A stretch of DNA of 64,000 bases from Candidatus Magasanikiibacteriota bacterium (GCA_016193335.1 JACPSK010000001.1:22716-86715), one strand, 5' to 3'; positions 19,789-30,089 are shown, counted from the first letter of the stretch. The notes: generated by a model from the sequence alone, not told the origin. A program made the numbers and translations.

Positions 19789-19907
19789 ACAGAATTATAT
19801 GTTTAATGTATCATTTTCGACTTCAGCAATCAATACCCTAAATGTCTACTCTTGACTCTATCCACAATTCCACTAATTCCTTGCTCCAACTTAAAAATTA
19901 AATCTAA

Positions 19908-19932
19908 AAAAGGCCCTAAGCCTTTTTTGTTT
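19908..19932 (-). terminator. Bidirectional rho-independent terminator after typA
   Basis: aaaaaaggccctaagccttttttg: stem flanked by A-run and T-run. Confidence 0.6.
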
Positions 19933-19982
19933 ATCTTTTGAGCCCATCTCAAAAATAATTTTGAGATGGCTCTAATTACTCT

Positions 19983-21767
19983 TTACTTCCTGCCTGCCCT
20001 TTTTCTATCATTTTCCGTGAGAAGCTGTTTGCGGATACGGATACTTTTGGGCGTTATTTCCAAATATTCGTCTTCAGCTATCATTTCGAGTCCCCTCTCG
20101 AGAGTTACTTTTACCGGAGGCGTAAGGTTAAGAGCCTCGTCTGTGCCGCTAGCCCGCATATTGGTGAGTTGTTTGCCTTTGATAGGGTTTACAGTCATAT
20201 CGTCCCCGTTGGACACGTTTCCCACCACCATGCCCTCATAAACTTCTATATTCGGACCAATATACATGGCTCCTCTGTTTTGCAAATTGGCAAGCGAATA
20301 ACCGAGAGCCTTGCCCGTGACCATGGAAATCATGGAGCCTACCGAACGTTTTTCTATCACACCAACATGGGGGCGGAAACCAATCGTACGACTTGCCATG
20401 ATTCCCTCTCCTCGAGTGTCCATAATAAATTGGTTCCGATATCCCAAGAGGCCTCGAGATGGAATTTCAAAAATCATGCGGACATGCCCGTCTTTGCTCT
20501 CCATATGCGTCATGTTTCCTTTGCGTTTTCCAAAACGCTCGATAACCACGCCCGAAGACTCATCCGGCGTGTCTATAATCACCTCTTCAAAAGGTTCCTG
20601 TTTCACTCCGTTTATTTCTTTTATAATGGCTTGCGGCTGGCTCACCTGGAGTTCAAAACCTTCTCTGGCCATTTGCTCGAGCAAAATCGCCAAATGCAAT
20701 TCCCCTCTTCCATATACCTTGAAACGATCCAATTCTGAAAAATCTATGTCCAAGCCGACATTGATCTCCAATTCTTTCTCCAAACGTTCACGAATCTGTC
20801 TGCTGGTGACAAATTTTCCCTCTTTTCCAGCGAAAGGAGAATTGTTTACAAAAAATTCCATTCCGATAGTCGGTTCATCCACATGAATGGCAGGCAATGA
20901 TTGCTGATCCTCACGTTTACAAATTGTTTCTCCAATGTCTATATCCGGTATTCCGGCGAGCATCACAATGTCTCCGGCTTCGGCCGTTTTTACCTCTATC
21001 GTTTCAAAACCTTTGAATTGCTGTAATTTTGTAATAGAACCTTTTCTGCTTTCCCCATTGGGTTTCTTTATAATCACCGATTCGCCCACAGACACACTGC
21101 CTTCATAAATTCTTCCTACGGCAAGACGGCCCACAAAATCATCATAACCCAAATTAAAGGGTTGCATGCGAAAGGGAGCTTCTGTGTCATGAGGAGCTTG
21201 GGGCACATGGGCCAAAATCATATCCAAAATCGGATTCATATTTTCCGATTTGTCTTCAAGCTTTGCTTTGGCTATACCTTGTTTTGCTATCGCGTAGCAA
21301 ATAGGAAAATTGAGCTGGTCATCGTTAGCTCCAAGATCCATAAAAAGCTCAAGCAGCTCTTCATGAACAATATCAGGCCTGGCCGCGGGTTTATCTATTT
21401 TATTGAGCACCACCAAAGGTTTAAGCCCCAATTCCAAAGACTTCTTAAGCACGAATTTTGTTTGCGGCATGGGACCTTCCTGGGCGTCCACTACGAGAAT
21501 AACCGCGTCTATAGAGCGCAAAACACGCTCCACCTCTGAACCAAAATCAGCATGTCCGGGAGTATCCACGATATTGATTTTGACGTCTTTATAAAATAAA
21601 GTGGTATTCTTGGCGTATATGGTAATGCCCCGTTCCTTTTCGAGCGCGTTGGAATCCATGCTTTTTGTCTCATCGTCTACCATGCCCGTCTGTCGTAAAA
21701 GCGCGTCCGTAATGGTGGTCTTGCCGTGGTCTACATGAGCGATGATAGCAATATTTCGTATGTCCAT
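19983..21767 (-). CDS. typA: Translational GTPase TypA/BipA
   Basis: [29 protein letters not shown]; length about 590 aa. Confidence 0.9.
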   Translation of the reverse strand: MDIRNIAIIAHVDHGKTTITDALLRQTGMVDDETKSMDSNALEKERGITIYAKNTTLFYKDVKINIVDTPGHADFGSEVERVLRSIDAVILVVDAQEGPMPQTKFVLKKSLELGLKPLVVLNKIDKPAARPDIVHEELLELFMDLGANDDQLNFPICYAIAKQGIAKAKLEDKSENMNPILDMILAHVPQAPHDTEAPFRMQPFNLGYDDFVGRLAVGRIYEGSVSVGESVIIKKPNGESRKGSITKLQQFKGFETIEVKTAEAGDIVMLAGIPDIDIGETICKREDQQSLPAIHVDEPTIGMEFFVNNSPFAGKEGKFVTSRQIRERLEKELEINVGLDIDFSELDRFKVYGRGELHLAILLEQMAREGFELQVSQPQAIIKEINGVKQEPFEEVIIDTPDESSGVVIERFGKRKGNMTHMESKDGHVRMIFEIPSRGLLGYRNQFIMDTRGEGIMASRTIGFRPHVGVIEKRSVGSMISMVTGKALGYSLANLQNRGAMYIGPNIEVYEGMVVGNVSNGDDMTVNPIKGKQLTNMRASGTDEALNLTPPVKVTLERGLEMIAEDEYLEITPKSIRIRKQLLTENDRKRAGRK

Positions 21768-21884
21768 AAGTTAAAAAATCTCCCGCAGGAGAAATGTCTT
21801 TCACAAAGAGGATACCAGATAACAACTTTGCTGTCAAATGACTTTGCTGTCAAATGATTGAACAAAGAATGAACCAAGGGTAGA

Positions 21885-22045
21885 AAATTTTTACTTTATA
21901 ATTTATAATTTCTAAACAATTTCTATTCTCTTAATTTTTAATGACTGAGTCTACGGGGTATTTTTCGGATAGCGGCATTTCGTTTAGATCATTAAAAATG
22001 GTGTCATTAGAAATTGTTTAGAAATTATAAATTATAAAGTAAAAA
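21885..22045. repeat. Long hairpin: perfect ~39-bp terminal inverted repeats (aaatttttactttataatttataatttctaaacaatttc / its reverse complement) flanking ~85 bp; copy A of a repeated intergenic element
   Basis: Reverse-complement identity read directly. Core tattctcttaatttNtaatgRctgagtctRcg is shared with 37690..37840. A 17-bp tandem duplication (actttgctgtcaaatga x2) lies just upstream at 21826..21860. Confidence 0.6.
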
Positions 22046-22046
22046 T

Positions 22047-22616
22047 TTGACAAAGCAATTTCTTCTCTCTATGCTTGCCTCTATGCAAACAATCATATTA
22101 ACCATCCTTTTCCTTATACCACCTGCCTACCTCGTCTATCTTGTGGCGGTTTACGCGCGAACAAAAGTCCCCTATGTTCGTACTTCGCGGGCTCGTCTGC
22201 CGCTCATTATGAAAGAAATGAATATAGGTCCTGAAACCGTAATATACGATTTGGGCTGCGGCAAAGGCGATGTGCTTTTTGCGGCAGAAAAATTTCATCC
22301 AAAAAAATTAGTCGGTTTTGAGCTGTCGCCTCTTCACGCGTGGTATGGAAAAATAAAGGCTTGGCTATGCCGATCTAAGGTGCGCATTCATTGCCGTGAC
22401 TTTTTTGTGGCTGATATCAGCGAAGCGGATATTATTTATCTTTTTTTGGTACAGTCGGCAATAAATAAAGTCTGGCCAAAATTAAAAAAAGAAGCGAAGC
22501 CGGGGACCAAACTATTGGTCTTGTCCAGCAAGATCCCAGAGCTTACAGGACGCCGCGTGGTGACGATGAAGAATGGTTCAGCTGTTCCTGGCGGTATATA
22601 TGTGTATACGGTTTGA
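22047..22616 (+). CDS. Membrane-anchored class I SAM-dependent methyltransferase
   Basis: N-terminal TM helix, motif I VIYDLGCGKGDVL. True start may be at an internal Met, since a TTGACA-17-TATGCT promoter overlaps the listed start. Confidence 0.55.
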   Translation: MTKQFLLSMLASMQTIILTILFLIPPAYLVYLVAVYARTKVPYVRTSRARLPLIMKEMNIGPETVIYDLGCGKGDVLFAAEKFHPKKLVGFELSPLHAWYGKIKAWLCRSKVRIHCRDFFVADISEADIIYLFLVQSAINKVWPKLKKEAKPGTKLLVLSSKIPELTGRRVVTMKNGSAVPGGIYVYTV

Positions 22617-22667
22617 GTTGACAAGGCTACAATCACCAAAAAACAAACGAAGAATTCGGACTTTCTG

Positions 22668-25600
22668 TCACTTGATTAAAAAATCAAACATTGGTTTTTT
22701 GTCAGAAGACAAGCCCTTATACGTAAAAATATATTTTCTACGATTTTTGGCTTCATACACTATATTTTTATCTTTGCTCCACTGATCAGACACAGGCATA
22801 TTCATATTCTTATTTGTTTTTATTTTAACTAATCCTGTTTGGGAATTAAACTTATACATATCTATTAAAAAAACAATAGATCCATTTTCATAAAGAGCTT
22901 TTTGTCCGGCACAAATTTTATTCAAACCGATTTTCATTTTTAATGTCTCGGCGCAGTCAGCAACAGTGGGTTGTATTATATTGAATTCAAAATCAGCAAT
23001 TGTCCCCTTGCTACCCTTGTATATAAACGTATATATGTTTCCATCTCCCAACATATACTTCGCCGGTTTTCCGAGCGCCCATTCAGCACTCGCTGGCAAT
23101 CCGTCCAATTCAGATTCCATCTTATCCACCAGCATAATTTGAGAATCAAAATGATCTACAAACATCAAAAGTCTTTGATCCCCGTCTATATATTCGAGTT
23201 GCTGCTGAGGACACAATGTATTCGCACCTTTTTTTAAAACGAGATATTTGGCGCAAAAATTCCCGTCTTCATCGAATGACTCATCTTCCGGTATCGTTAT
23301 GATCCTGTCTATTTTATTGATAAGGTACGTTTTTTTAGAGCCACTCGGCCAATACACAAAAAGCTCTTTTATATCCGATGCTGTTTTTTTGCCCAATCCA
23401 AAATGCGCGATTCTTGGATCCTGCCCTCCAGATTGACGCGTTAAGAGTATTTGGTCGCTCGCCACTTGTCCATCAACAAAGCGCAGCTCCACGCGTGCTC
23501 CGATCGCGTCTCTATTGCTTTCGGCACCACGAAGACTAATTTGTAGCCAATGATGAGCTCCTCCTTTTTCATACAAAGAATTTTTATACAATTTATGATA
23601 CCACTTGGCCGTAGGTATATGCACGTCCAAATCGCCGTCACGATCATAATCTACCCAGACTGCGTTTGCGTCCCATGAATCATACTGATTGAATGTGCCT
23701 TGAACGCCCTCCAGCGCGGCGCGCTCTTCATAATCCTTGTGATTGCCCAGATCTCTAAATAGTCTATTGTATCCTTGCTTTGAATAGGTGAAAAAAATAT
23801 CAGGATTGCCGTCGTTATCATAATCTGTCCAGGTAATCGGACCCGCGCCCAGATGTGTTTCTGTCTTGGGAATGTAAGGACTCTGCATTTCAAAAAAAAT
23901 TTCGCCATTATAAGGCTGCATCGTGTTATTCACCAATATAGTATCAGTGGCAAAATCTTTCTCTAGGGTGGGCAATCGATCTTGGAGATAAATATCTATG
24001 TCTCCATCATTATCATAATCTTTAAAAGCAATATCGAGGTGATGAATACCTCCAGAACTTCCGGACACCTCAATCTTTTTTACGAACGAAAAAGATGAAC
24101 CGGACTGATTTTTAAATAAAAAGATACCATTCTTCTCCTCAGCGCTAGAAAAAGAACTTGACCCGAGTATGTCCAAAAAACCATCGTTGTCATAATCCAA
24201 AAAATATAGTCTATCCATCGTATGTGACAATCCCCCTACTAAGGTGTCTTCTTCAAAAATCCAAGGCTCTTTCTGGAAAAAAACTTTAATAGCAAAATAC
24301 GGAGGAACACCACCATAGATACCTGAGTCAACTATATCCAACAAGCCATTTTTATCTATATCAGCGATAGAAAAACTACTATAGCTATTAACATCCTCGT
24401 CAATGATTTTTTTGGAAAAATATCCTAACCCATTATTTTCCAGTATGAGCAACTGCTGATTTTTGGGAGTATCCACGATAGATAGATTGGCCACATCAGC
24501 AATAATATCCTGGTCTCCATCATTATCCATATCTGCCGTATGTACTCGTCTAACAATAAAATTTTCGTTAAAAATCGCGGCCTTTAATCCATTATAATCA
24601 GGCGGAATGTTGAAAAAACCCTTAGTATTAAAGGCAATAAAATACTGCATGGGGTCTTGGTCATGCTCTCCCACAAGTTCATCAATCCATTCATCCCCAT
24701 TCAACTGCGCCCAAATAACACCCCTGGCGTATCCAATCTTAAAAGGATTAATTATTGTATGGTTCTGTTCAATTCCCGCCTGTGCCGCGACATCTACGAA
24801 ATTACTGTCATTACCGGTCCCTACCACCTCTATGGGTGCCGCGGGGTTCTCCGCGTTGCTGAGAAAGCTGATGTTCCCTGATTCCACTGCTGCCTGTGTC
24901 GGAACAAATGAAAGCAACAAAGTAGTCTCGCCATATGCCGGTACGGAGAAAGGAAAATTTGTTTTTGACACGAAATGTGGATTATTGCTTTCCAATCCAG
25001 TAACAATCAAGGATTCACTCCCATGATTATACACTTCAACCTCATATGTTTGTTCAGACCCTATGGCAGAAAAAAAATCAATGTGATCCGGCGCATAAGA
25101 AATAAATGATGAAGGATTATCCAGGATTATACTCTCCATATCGAGCAGAGAATCAGCCCCGACACTGAATTCAATCGTTTTGTCGGCATGCCCTTTTTTA
25201 GAGAATTGCAATGAATAAGTCCCCGCAGGCAAGGCAAACTCGTATTGACCGTATTTATCCGTGTACAGCTCATACGACAAATTATTGAGCACAAGAGAGA
25301 TCCGGACAAATGGAACTCCCTTACCCACTGCGTTTTTGACGGTGCCATATACGGTCGCGTGGTTAAGCGCCAAATCTATGGCAGAAATAATATCTACAAT
25401 CCCGGCACCGGCATCCATATCTTTTCCATTATCAAATCCGACATTGACAGATGTAAATTGAAGAATCGATTTTATTTTTCCAGGGGAAAGATATGCCGTA
25501 TTTTTTTCAAAATAAGCTTGCTGGATAAGGGCAATCGCTCCTGTTACCATGGGAGCCGACATGGAAGTTCCGGAAAGTTCCTTATAGATGGCGCTTTCAA

Positions 25601-26948
25601 AACCTTCGTTGGGTTTATAATTTATGTATCCACCTTTTGGCACAGAAGACAATATGTTTGTTCCAGGTGCTGAAACATCTGGTTTTATATACTCTTCTCC
25701 CAAATAAACCGCAGGCCCTTTAGAACTTCCTGGATTGATTTCTCCATCTTCATCTGAATTGCCAACCAATAATAAAGGTGGGTATCTGTGTAGCCCTTTT
25801 ATAGAACCCGGTCCAGCGCCACCGGAATTTCCGGCCGAGAAAACCACGCTTATTCCCATATCCTCCAAAGCGTCAATCCAGTATGTCAATCCAGCAGTTA
25901 AACTGTTGATCCAAGAATTATTTACTACGATCGGATAATCATCGGTAGTAATATCATTATCCGGATTTGCCACCCACTCCAATGATGCGGGAGCGAAACC
26001 GCTTCGGGCAAACACATACGTTGAAGAAGGCGCCACGCCAATATATTTGTTCTCATCGACATTGGATTCTCCCTCTTTTGCCTCTCCTCCCAACACGATA
26101 CCGGCCACATGAGTACCATGAGAATTTGCGCTATAGGTAGGGGTTGAAATTTTATATCCGTCGAAAAACGCTAATTCTCCGGTGCCCGGACCGCTTTGTA
26201 TAGTATCCATTTTCCCTAGCAAAGCAGGGTGTTCCGCGTATATATCAGAATCAACAATGCCCACTCGAATCCCTTTTCCTGTGTATCCCTTTTCCCAAGC
26301 TTCAGGCGCTTTTATTGTTTCAGGGCCGTAAAAAGCCTTCGCGGCTGATTGGCTTTCTGCAAGGCCATCTGTTGCCTCGTCCGCCACTTCCTCGGCGTGC
26401 TCTATAATCGGGTACAGATCAATTATTTTAATGTCAGAGTTCGCGTTGAGACTAATAATCGTTTGAAATGAAATTTTGCCAGAAAATCCGCTTACCAGCG
26501 TGTACCAATGAAGATCGGTGATGTCGCCGTTTTGCTGTGCGCGGGCTATCAGGTTCTTGATTGAGTTTGTATCAGTATCTCTATCCAATTTTGCGGCCAC
26601 GTTTTGTTTGCGGCGGATAACTTCGCGATAATTACCCTGTACTCCTCGGGTGTCCGCCTGTTCTTCTAGGATGACCAACACATTATATGTTTGTTCTGGG
26701 GCACCTTCTAAAATTTGTTTTCTTAACTCAGGCGTAAGTTTTTCCAATGCATAAAGTGCGCTTTCATCTTCATACAAAATAAGTTCCTCATTCTCATCAG
26801 ATAAGTCTCTTCTTCCTTCTCTGTCATCTTGAGCAGGTGAGATACGCGAAAAACTTGCCACAGCGGCCAGCATGCTTATTCCCAAAAACATGCCAGCAAG
26901 CGCCAATTTCAAGTGAGTAGTTGTTTTTATGAGTTGTTTAGTCTCCAT
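22668..26948 (-). CDS. Giant secreted subtilisin-like (S8) serine peptidase with FG-GAP/VCBS-type repeats
   Basis: Signal peptide; S8 triad motifs VGIVDSDI, HGTHVAGIV, GTSMSAPMVTGAIALI; repeated D-x-D-x-D-G-D-x-D calcium-binding FG-GAP-like units (DMDNDGDQDII, DYDNDGDIDIY). Confidence 0.8.
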   Translation of the reverse strand: METKQLIKTTTHLKLALAGMFLGISMLAAVASFSRISPAQDDREGRRDLSDENEELILYEDESALYALEKLTPELRKQILEGAPEQTYNVLVILEEQADTRGVQGNYREVIRRKQNVAAKLDRDTDTNSIKNLIARAQQNGDITDLHWYTLVSGFSGKISFQTIISLNANSDIKIIDLYPIIEHAEEVADEATDGLAESQSAAKAFYGPETIKAPEAWEKGYTGKGIRVGIVDSDIYAEHPALLGKMDTIQSGPGTGELAFFDGYKISTPTYSANSHGTHVAGIVLGGEAKEGESNVDENKYIGVAPSSTYVFARSGFAPASLEWVANPDNDITTDDYPIVVNNSWINSLTAGLTYWIDALEDMGISVVFSAGNSGGAGPGSIKGLHRYPPLLLVGNSDEDGEINPGSSKGPAVYLGEEYIKPDVSAPGTNILSSVPKGGYINYKPNEGFESAIYKELSGTSMSAPMVTGAIALIQQAYFEKNTAYLSPGKIKSILQFTSVNVGFDNGKDMDAGAGIVDIISAIDLALNHATVYGTVKNAVGKGVPFVRISLVLNNLSYELYTDKYGQYEFALPAGTYSLQFSKKGHADKTIEFSVGADSLLDMESIILDNPSSFISYAPDHIDFFSAIGSEQTYEVEVYNHGSESLIVTGLESNNPHFVSKTNFPFSVPAYGETTLLLSFVPTQAAVESGNISFLSNAENPAAPIEVVGTGNDSNFVDVAAQAGIEQNHTIINPFKIGYARGVIWAQLNGDEWIDELVGEHDQDPMQYFIAFNTKGFFNIPPDYNGLKAAIFNENFIVRRVHTADMDNDGDQDIIADVANLSIVDTPKNQQLLILENNGLGYFSKKIIDEDVNSYSSFSIADIDKNGLLDIVDSGIYGGVPPYFAIKVFFQKEPWIFEEDTLVGGLSHTMDRLYFLDYDNDGFLDILGSSSFSSAEEKNGIFLFKNQSGSSFSFVKKIEVSGSSGGIHHLDIAFKDYDNDGDIDIYLQDRLPTLEKDFATDTILVNNTMQPYNGEIFFEMQSPYIPKTETHLGAGPITWTDYDNDGNPDIFFTYSKQGYNRLFRDLGNHKDYEERAALEGVQGTFNQYDSWDANAVWVDYDRDGDLDVHIPTAKWYHKLYKNSLYEKGGAHHWLQISLRGAESNRDAIGARVELRFVDGQVASDQILLTRQSGGQDPRIAHFGLGKKTASDIKELFVYWPSGSKKTYLINKIDRIITIPEDESFDEDGNFCAKYLVLKKGANTLCPQQQLEYIDGDQRLLMFVDHFDSQIMLVDKMESELDGLPASAEWALGKPAKYMLGDGNIYTFIYKGSKGTIADFEFNIIQPTVADCAETLKMKIGLNKICAGQKALYENGSIVFLIDMYKFNSQTGLVKIKTNKNMNMPVSDQWSKDKNIVYEAKNRRKYIFTYKGLSSDKKPMFDFLIK

Positions 26949-27042
26949 AAACTATGTAAAAACTTAATGCGCGTAGTATACACCAATACCGAACTCATTA
27001 CGAACGTATATTAGAATATACCAGCGTGATCTGAGGATCCAT

Positions 27043-28080
27043 CTATAAACCACCCTTAAATTCACCAACAATGGCTTCAAGCATGTCGTGAAAACTGATA
27101 ATGCCAACAACTTTGCTTGATGTTTTCTCAGTTATAAGCACAATGCTGATTGATGATCTTTTCAAGCGTTCAATAGCCACCAGCGAAGGTACGTCGGCAT
27201 CAATGCGCATAACCGGCTGTACCAATGATTTTAAATTCATATGTACCAACCCACTATCAAACAAATGGGTCAAAACATCTTTAGTTTCAATCGCTCCGAT
27301 GTTACGGTCGATATGTCCATCGCAAACCGGAAAAACTGACCTATCGCTGCCGGTTATTTTTTCTTTGATGACAGATAGCGTATCGTTTATATCCAACCAA
27401 ACCACTTCTTTGCCGGGTGTCATAAAATCCTTAATCGGCCTATTTCCCAAATGGAATATACTTTCTACCATTTTTTGTTCGGCCCTTTCAAACACACCGC
27501 TTTCTGCTCCTTCGGCAATCAATAATTTGATTTCCTCTTCGGTAACAATCTGTTCAGAAGCAGGCTTAATATGAAGCAGCTTAAGAAAAAAAGAAGTTGA
27601 CGCGCTCAAGAGTTTAACTGCCGGCGTGGTAATTTTCATTATCATTTTAACGGGACCGGCAACTCTTAGAGATAATTTCTCCGGATTGGAAAGAGCGATT
27701 TGTTTCGGAACCAACTCACCGACGACCAAAGAAAGAAATGTTATGGTAACAACGACAATCGCTACGCTTATCGGTTCACTGTAAGCCGAGATCATTGAAA
27801 ATTTCGCTAGCCATTGTTCCATGTGTTCGGCAACAGTGGCTCCGCCAAAAGCACCGGCGAATATCCCTATCATAGTAATGCCTATTTGAATTGTGGAAAG
27901 CATTTCCGGAGATTTGCGTGTTAAAAAGAGAGCGTCTTGAGCTTTTTTATTTCCCTGTTTGGAAAGATGCCTAAGACGACTTTTTTTGACGCTCAGCAAA
28001 GCTATTTCAGACAAGGAAAAATAACCATTGAGAATAACGAGAGCAATGATTAGAATTATTTCGATTAGTATAGTGGACAT
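27043..28080 (-). CDS. HlyC/CorC (CNNM) family transporter-associated protein, DUF21 + CBS pair + CorC_HlyC
   Basis: N-terminal TM/DUF21 block, CBS-like repeats, and C-terminal VVGIISFHDMLEAIVGE. Confidence 0.75.
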   Translation of the reverse strand: MSTILIEIILIIALVILNGYFSLSEIALLSVKKSRLRHLSKQGNKKAQDALFLTRKSPEMLSTIQIGITMIGIFAGAFGGATVAEHMEQWLAKFSMISAYSEPISVAIVVVTITFLSLVVGELVPKQIALSNPEKLSLRVAGPVKMIMKITTPAVKLLSASTSFFLKLLHIKPASEQIVTEEEIKLLIAEGAESGVFERAEQKMVESIFHLGNRPIKDFMTPGKEVVWLDINDTLSVIKEKITGSDRSVFPVCDGHIDRNIGAIETKDVLTHLFDSGLVHMNLKSLVQPVMRIDADVPSLVAIERLKRSSISIVLITEKTSSKVVGIISFHDMLEAIVGEFKGGL

Positions 28081-28176
28081 AAAAGACTTATTTTGTACCC
28101 GCCAATTCAGTGATTACCTTCATTTAAACATATTCTATTTTATTTTTAAAGATCCAGGTCCTGGCTCGCTTATCAA

Positions 28177-28225
28177 TTTTTGAAAGAAAAATATGCCTTA
28201 TTTCAGGCATATTTTTCTTTCAAAA
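28177..28225 (-). terminator. Long perfect hairpin (tttgaaagaaaaatatgcc / ggcatatttttctttcaaa) immediately 3' of the intron-containing tRNA
   Basis: 19-bp inverted repeat with 7-nt loop read directly. Confidence 0.5.
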
Positions 28226-28231
28226 ATTTCG

Positions 28232-28693
28232 CTCGGCGGGTGGGATTCGGACCCACGACCAATTGGTTACACCGTTCTTCCTGTTTCCAAGAAGGATGGA
28301 CTATATCATCACCCGCGCCGAAAACCTCCCGATACAATCGAGAAGAGCGCTAGGGTGCGAGGCACTTCCCCCGGCATAGGCCGGGGTACTCCCTTGCGGG
28401 ATAGTCTCTGAACCTTTATTAATGTCCGTCGGCTCCACAGGCTCGCCCTTTCAAGCTAACATTGATGGACTACCGACTCGCCTTTTGGCAAGACATTAAA
28501 ACTTGGCTGCTGATCACCCTCCCCTCCGCATCGGGTGGGGTTAGGGTTTCCAGTTCCGTATCTTATCACTAAAAGTGAAAAAGCACAGAATCCCGTTAAG
28601 AGCGGGACAATTCACCTCGTTTTCATCCCCGCATTTCTGCGAGGCGCTGCATTTTAGTCACAGCCAACTGCTCTACCACTGAGCTACCGCCGA
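28232..28693 (-). tRNA. tRNA gene interrupted by a ~390-nt group I intron in the anticodon loop (isotype unresolved: Thr-UGU, Asn-GUU or His-GUG depending on splice sites)
   Basis: 5' exon UCGGCGG-UA-GCUCAGUGGUAGAGC-A-GUUGG-CUGUGA; 3' exon A-CCAAU-UGGUC-GUGGGUCCGAAUCCCAC-CCGCCGA-G. The two ends form a perfect 7-bp acceptor stem. Intervening RNA has group I P7/R elements GGUAGUCC and CAGAGACUAUCC. Confidence 0.65.
28268..28657 (-). ncRNA. Group I intron (no internal ORF), boundaries +/- a few nt
   Basis: Conserved UCAGAGACUA (R) and GUAGUC (P7 5' strand) elements; flanked by tRNA exons. Confidence 0.55.
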
Positions 28694-29055
28694 ATGTCTA
28701 TATCCGCCTATAACGCTTCTCCCTGAAGCGAAAATAGGCTTCCAAACCGAAATAAGTGTATCACAAAAAGGAAAAAAGGTCAAAAACATGTATCCTTCAT
28801 TTCGAAAATTTTTAACCTTGAACCGGATACCATTCCCAGGGTGTATCTTCCAACAAAGGCGCAGGCTAAAATAATCTTGCAAAACAAGGTAAACATGTTA
28901 TGCTTGCTGAATCTTGGGTTTCGATAAAATCTCTATTCCTGTCTCCCCTATCTGCCGATCAGCGAGCTGATGGAGAAATTGACTCAAAAATATTTTTTAC
29001 CTAAACAACAACATTTTTGTATTAAAAAAGACTCTCTTCTAAGCAGATTCAAACT

Positions 29056-29553
29056 ATGCGAACATTAAACAGAAAATCGGAAAAAAATAATCAAAACAAA
29101 ACAGATCCTTTCATTACGGAAGAAAAATATCATGAACTCAAAAAAACGCTCGAGAAATTATATAAAACCAGACCAAAAGCCGCAGCCGAAGTCAGCTCAT
29201 TGGCAGAAATGGGTGATTTTTCGGAAAATGTGGAATATCAATTGGCCAAAGGCCGGCTCCGCGGTATCAATAACCGAATTTTGATGCTGGAACAACAGTT
29301 AAATCACGCTGTGATTATTTCTCCTCAGAAAAAAACCGACAGCGTCCGAATAGGACATCATGTCCGTATAGAAACAGAAGGCAAAAAAATTGATTATCTG
29401 ATACTGGGCTCGGCCGAAAGCAAACCGGAAAAAGGAATCATTTCTCATCTCTCCCCTCTCGGATCCGCGCTTCTCGGACACAAAGTTGGGGAAAGTGTCA
29501 CTTTGCGACTAGCTGAAAGAGAAATGGAATACAAAATACTCAAAATAGAGTAA
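29056..29553 (+). CDS. greA: Transcription elongation factor GreA
   Basis: Coiled-coil N-terminus with GDFSENVEYQLAKGRL; FKBP-like C-terminal domain; about 160 aa. Confidence 0.8.
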   Translation: MRTLNRKSEKNNQNKTDPFITEEKYHELKKTLEKLYKTRPKAAAEVSSLAEMGDFSENVEYQLAKGRLRGINNRILMLEQQLNHAVIISPQKKTDSVRIGHHVRIETEGKKIDYLILGSAESKPEKGIISHLSPLGSALLGHKVGESVTLRLAEREMEYKILKIE

Positions 29554-29643
29554 AAAAACAGAGGGTACCAAACCAAGCCTAATTATCATGAATCCCCTCG
29601 AAGTAAAAAGACTGCTCATTCATAAACAAAAACAAAACCTTTC

Positions 29644-29916
29644 TTAACCTTGCTGCCCGAGTTGTTCAAAATAGTTTTTCAGCTGTTTCTTTATATACTT
29701 ACGTCCGGAACCACCTTTCAAAAATTTCTCTCTGCCCAATGCATCCTGCTTATTCACATAGCACTCGAAATAAATCAGCTTCCATCCCGGTTTGATTGAG
29801 GTTGTTCGTGAGCCATTGCCGGAAAGATGATCAAACAATCTCCTCTTGAGATTTTTTGTAAAACCAATATACCAACTTTTATCTACTTTATTTTCTAAAA
29901 CGTAAACAAAGTACAT
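29644..29916 (-). CDS. Stand-alone GIY-YIG nuclease-domain protein
   Basis: MYFVYVLENKVDKSWYIGFTKNLKRRLFDH matches GIY...YIG...R...E/N topology. Confidence 0.7.
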   Translation of the reverse strand: MYFVYVLENKVDKSWYIGFTKNLKRRLFDHLSGNGSRTTSIKPGWKLIYFECYVNKQDALGREKFLKGGSGRKYIKKQLKNYFEQLGQQG

Positions 29917-30018
29917 AGCCCCTCCATCAATAAATTATAATTTGACTAGCTACGCAAAATTCGCTTCGCTCATCGCGTAGCACCGCGATAATTTGCTTTG
30001 CAAAATTATTTTGCGGTG

Positions 30019-30089
30019 CTCGGGGACAGGGATTCGAACCCCGATACGCAGCTTCAAAGGCTACTGTCCTACCATTAGACGATCCCCGA
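30019..30089 (-). tRNA. tRNA-Gln (anticodon UUG)
   Basis: UCGGGGA acceptor pairs perfectly with UCCCCGA; D-arm GUCUAAUGGUAGGAC; anticodon stem GUAGC/GCUGC with loop CUUUGAA; T-arm CGGGGUUCGAAUCCCUG. Confidence 0.75.

Noticed and set aside
20169-21594. Plus-strand ORFs 20169..20738, 20311..20886, 21162..21539 and 21403..21594
   Set aside because: All lie antisense within typA, which has unambiguous GTPase motifs.
28232-28693. tmRNA (ssrA) as an alternative for the tRNA-like ends with long internal RNA
   Set aside because: A complete D-arm and anticodon stem are present (tmRNA lacks them), and the internal segment has group I intron P7/R signatures rather than a tag-peptide reading frame and pseudoknots.
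28232-28693. Assigning this tRNA firmly as tRNA-His (GUG read from the 5' exon)
   Set aside because: No G-1/C73 His identity elements (U at -1, discriminator G). The anticodon depends on unresolved splice sites, and Thr-UGU or Asn-GUU are equally possible.
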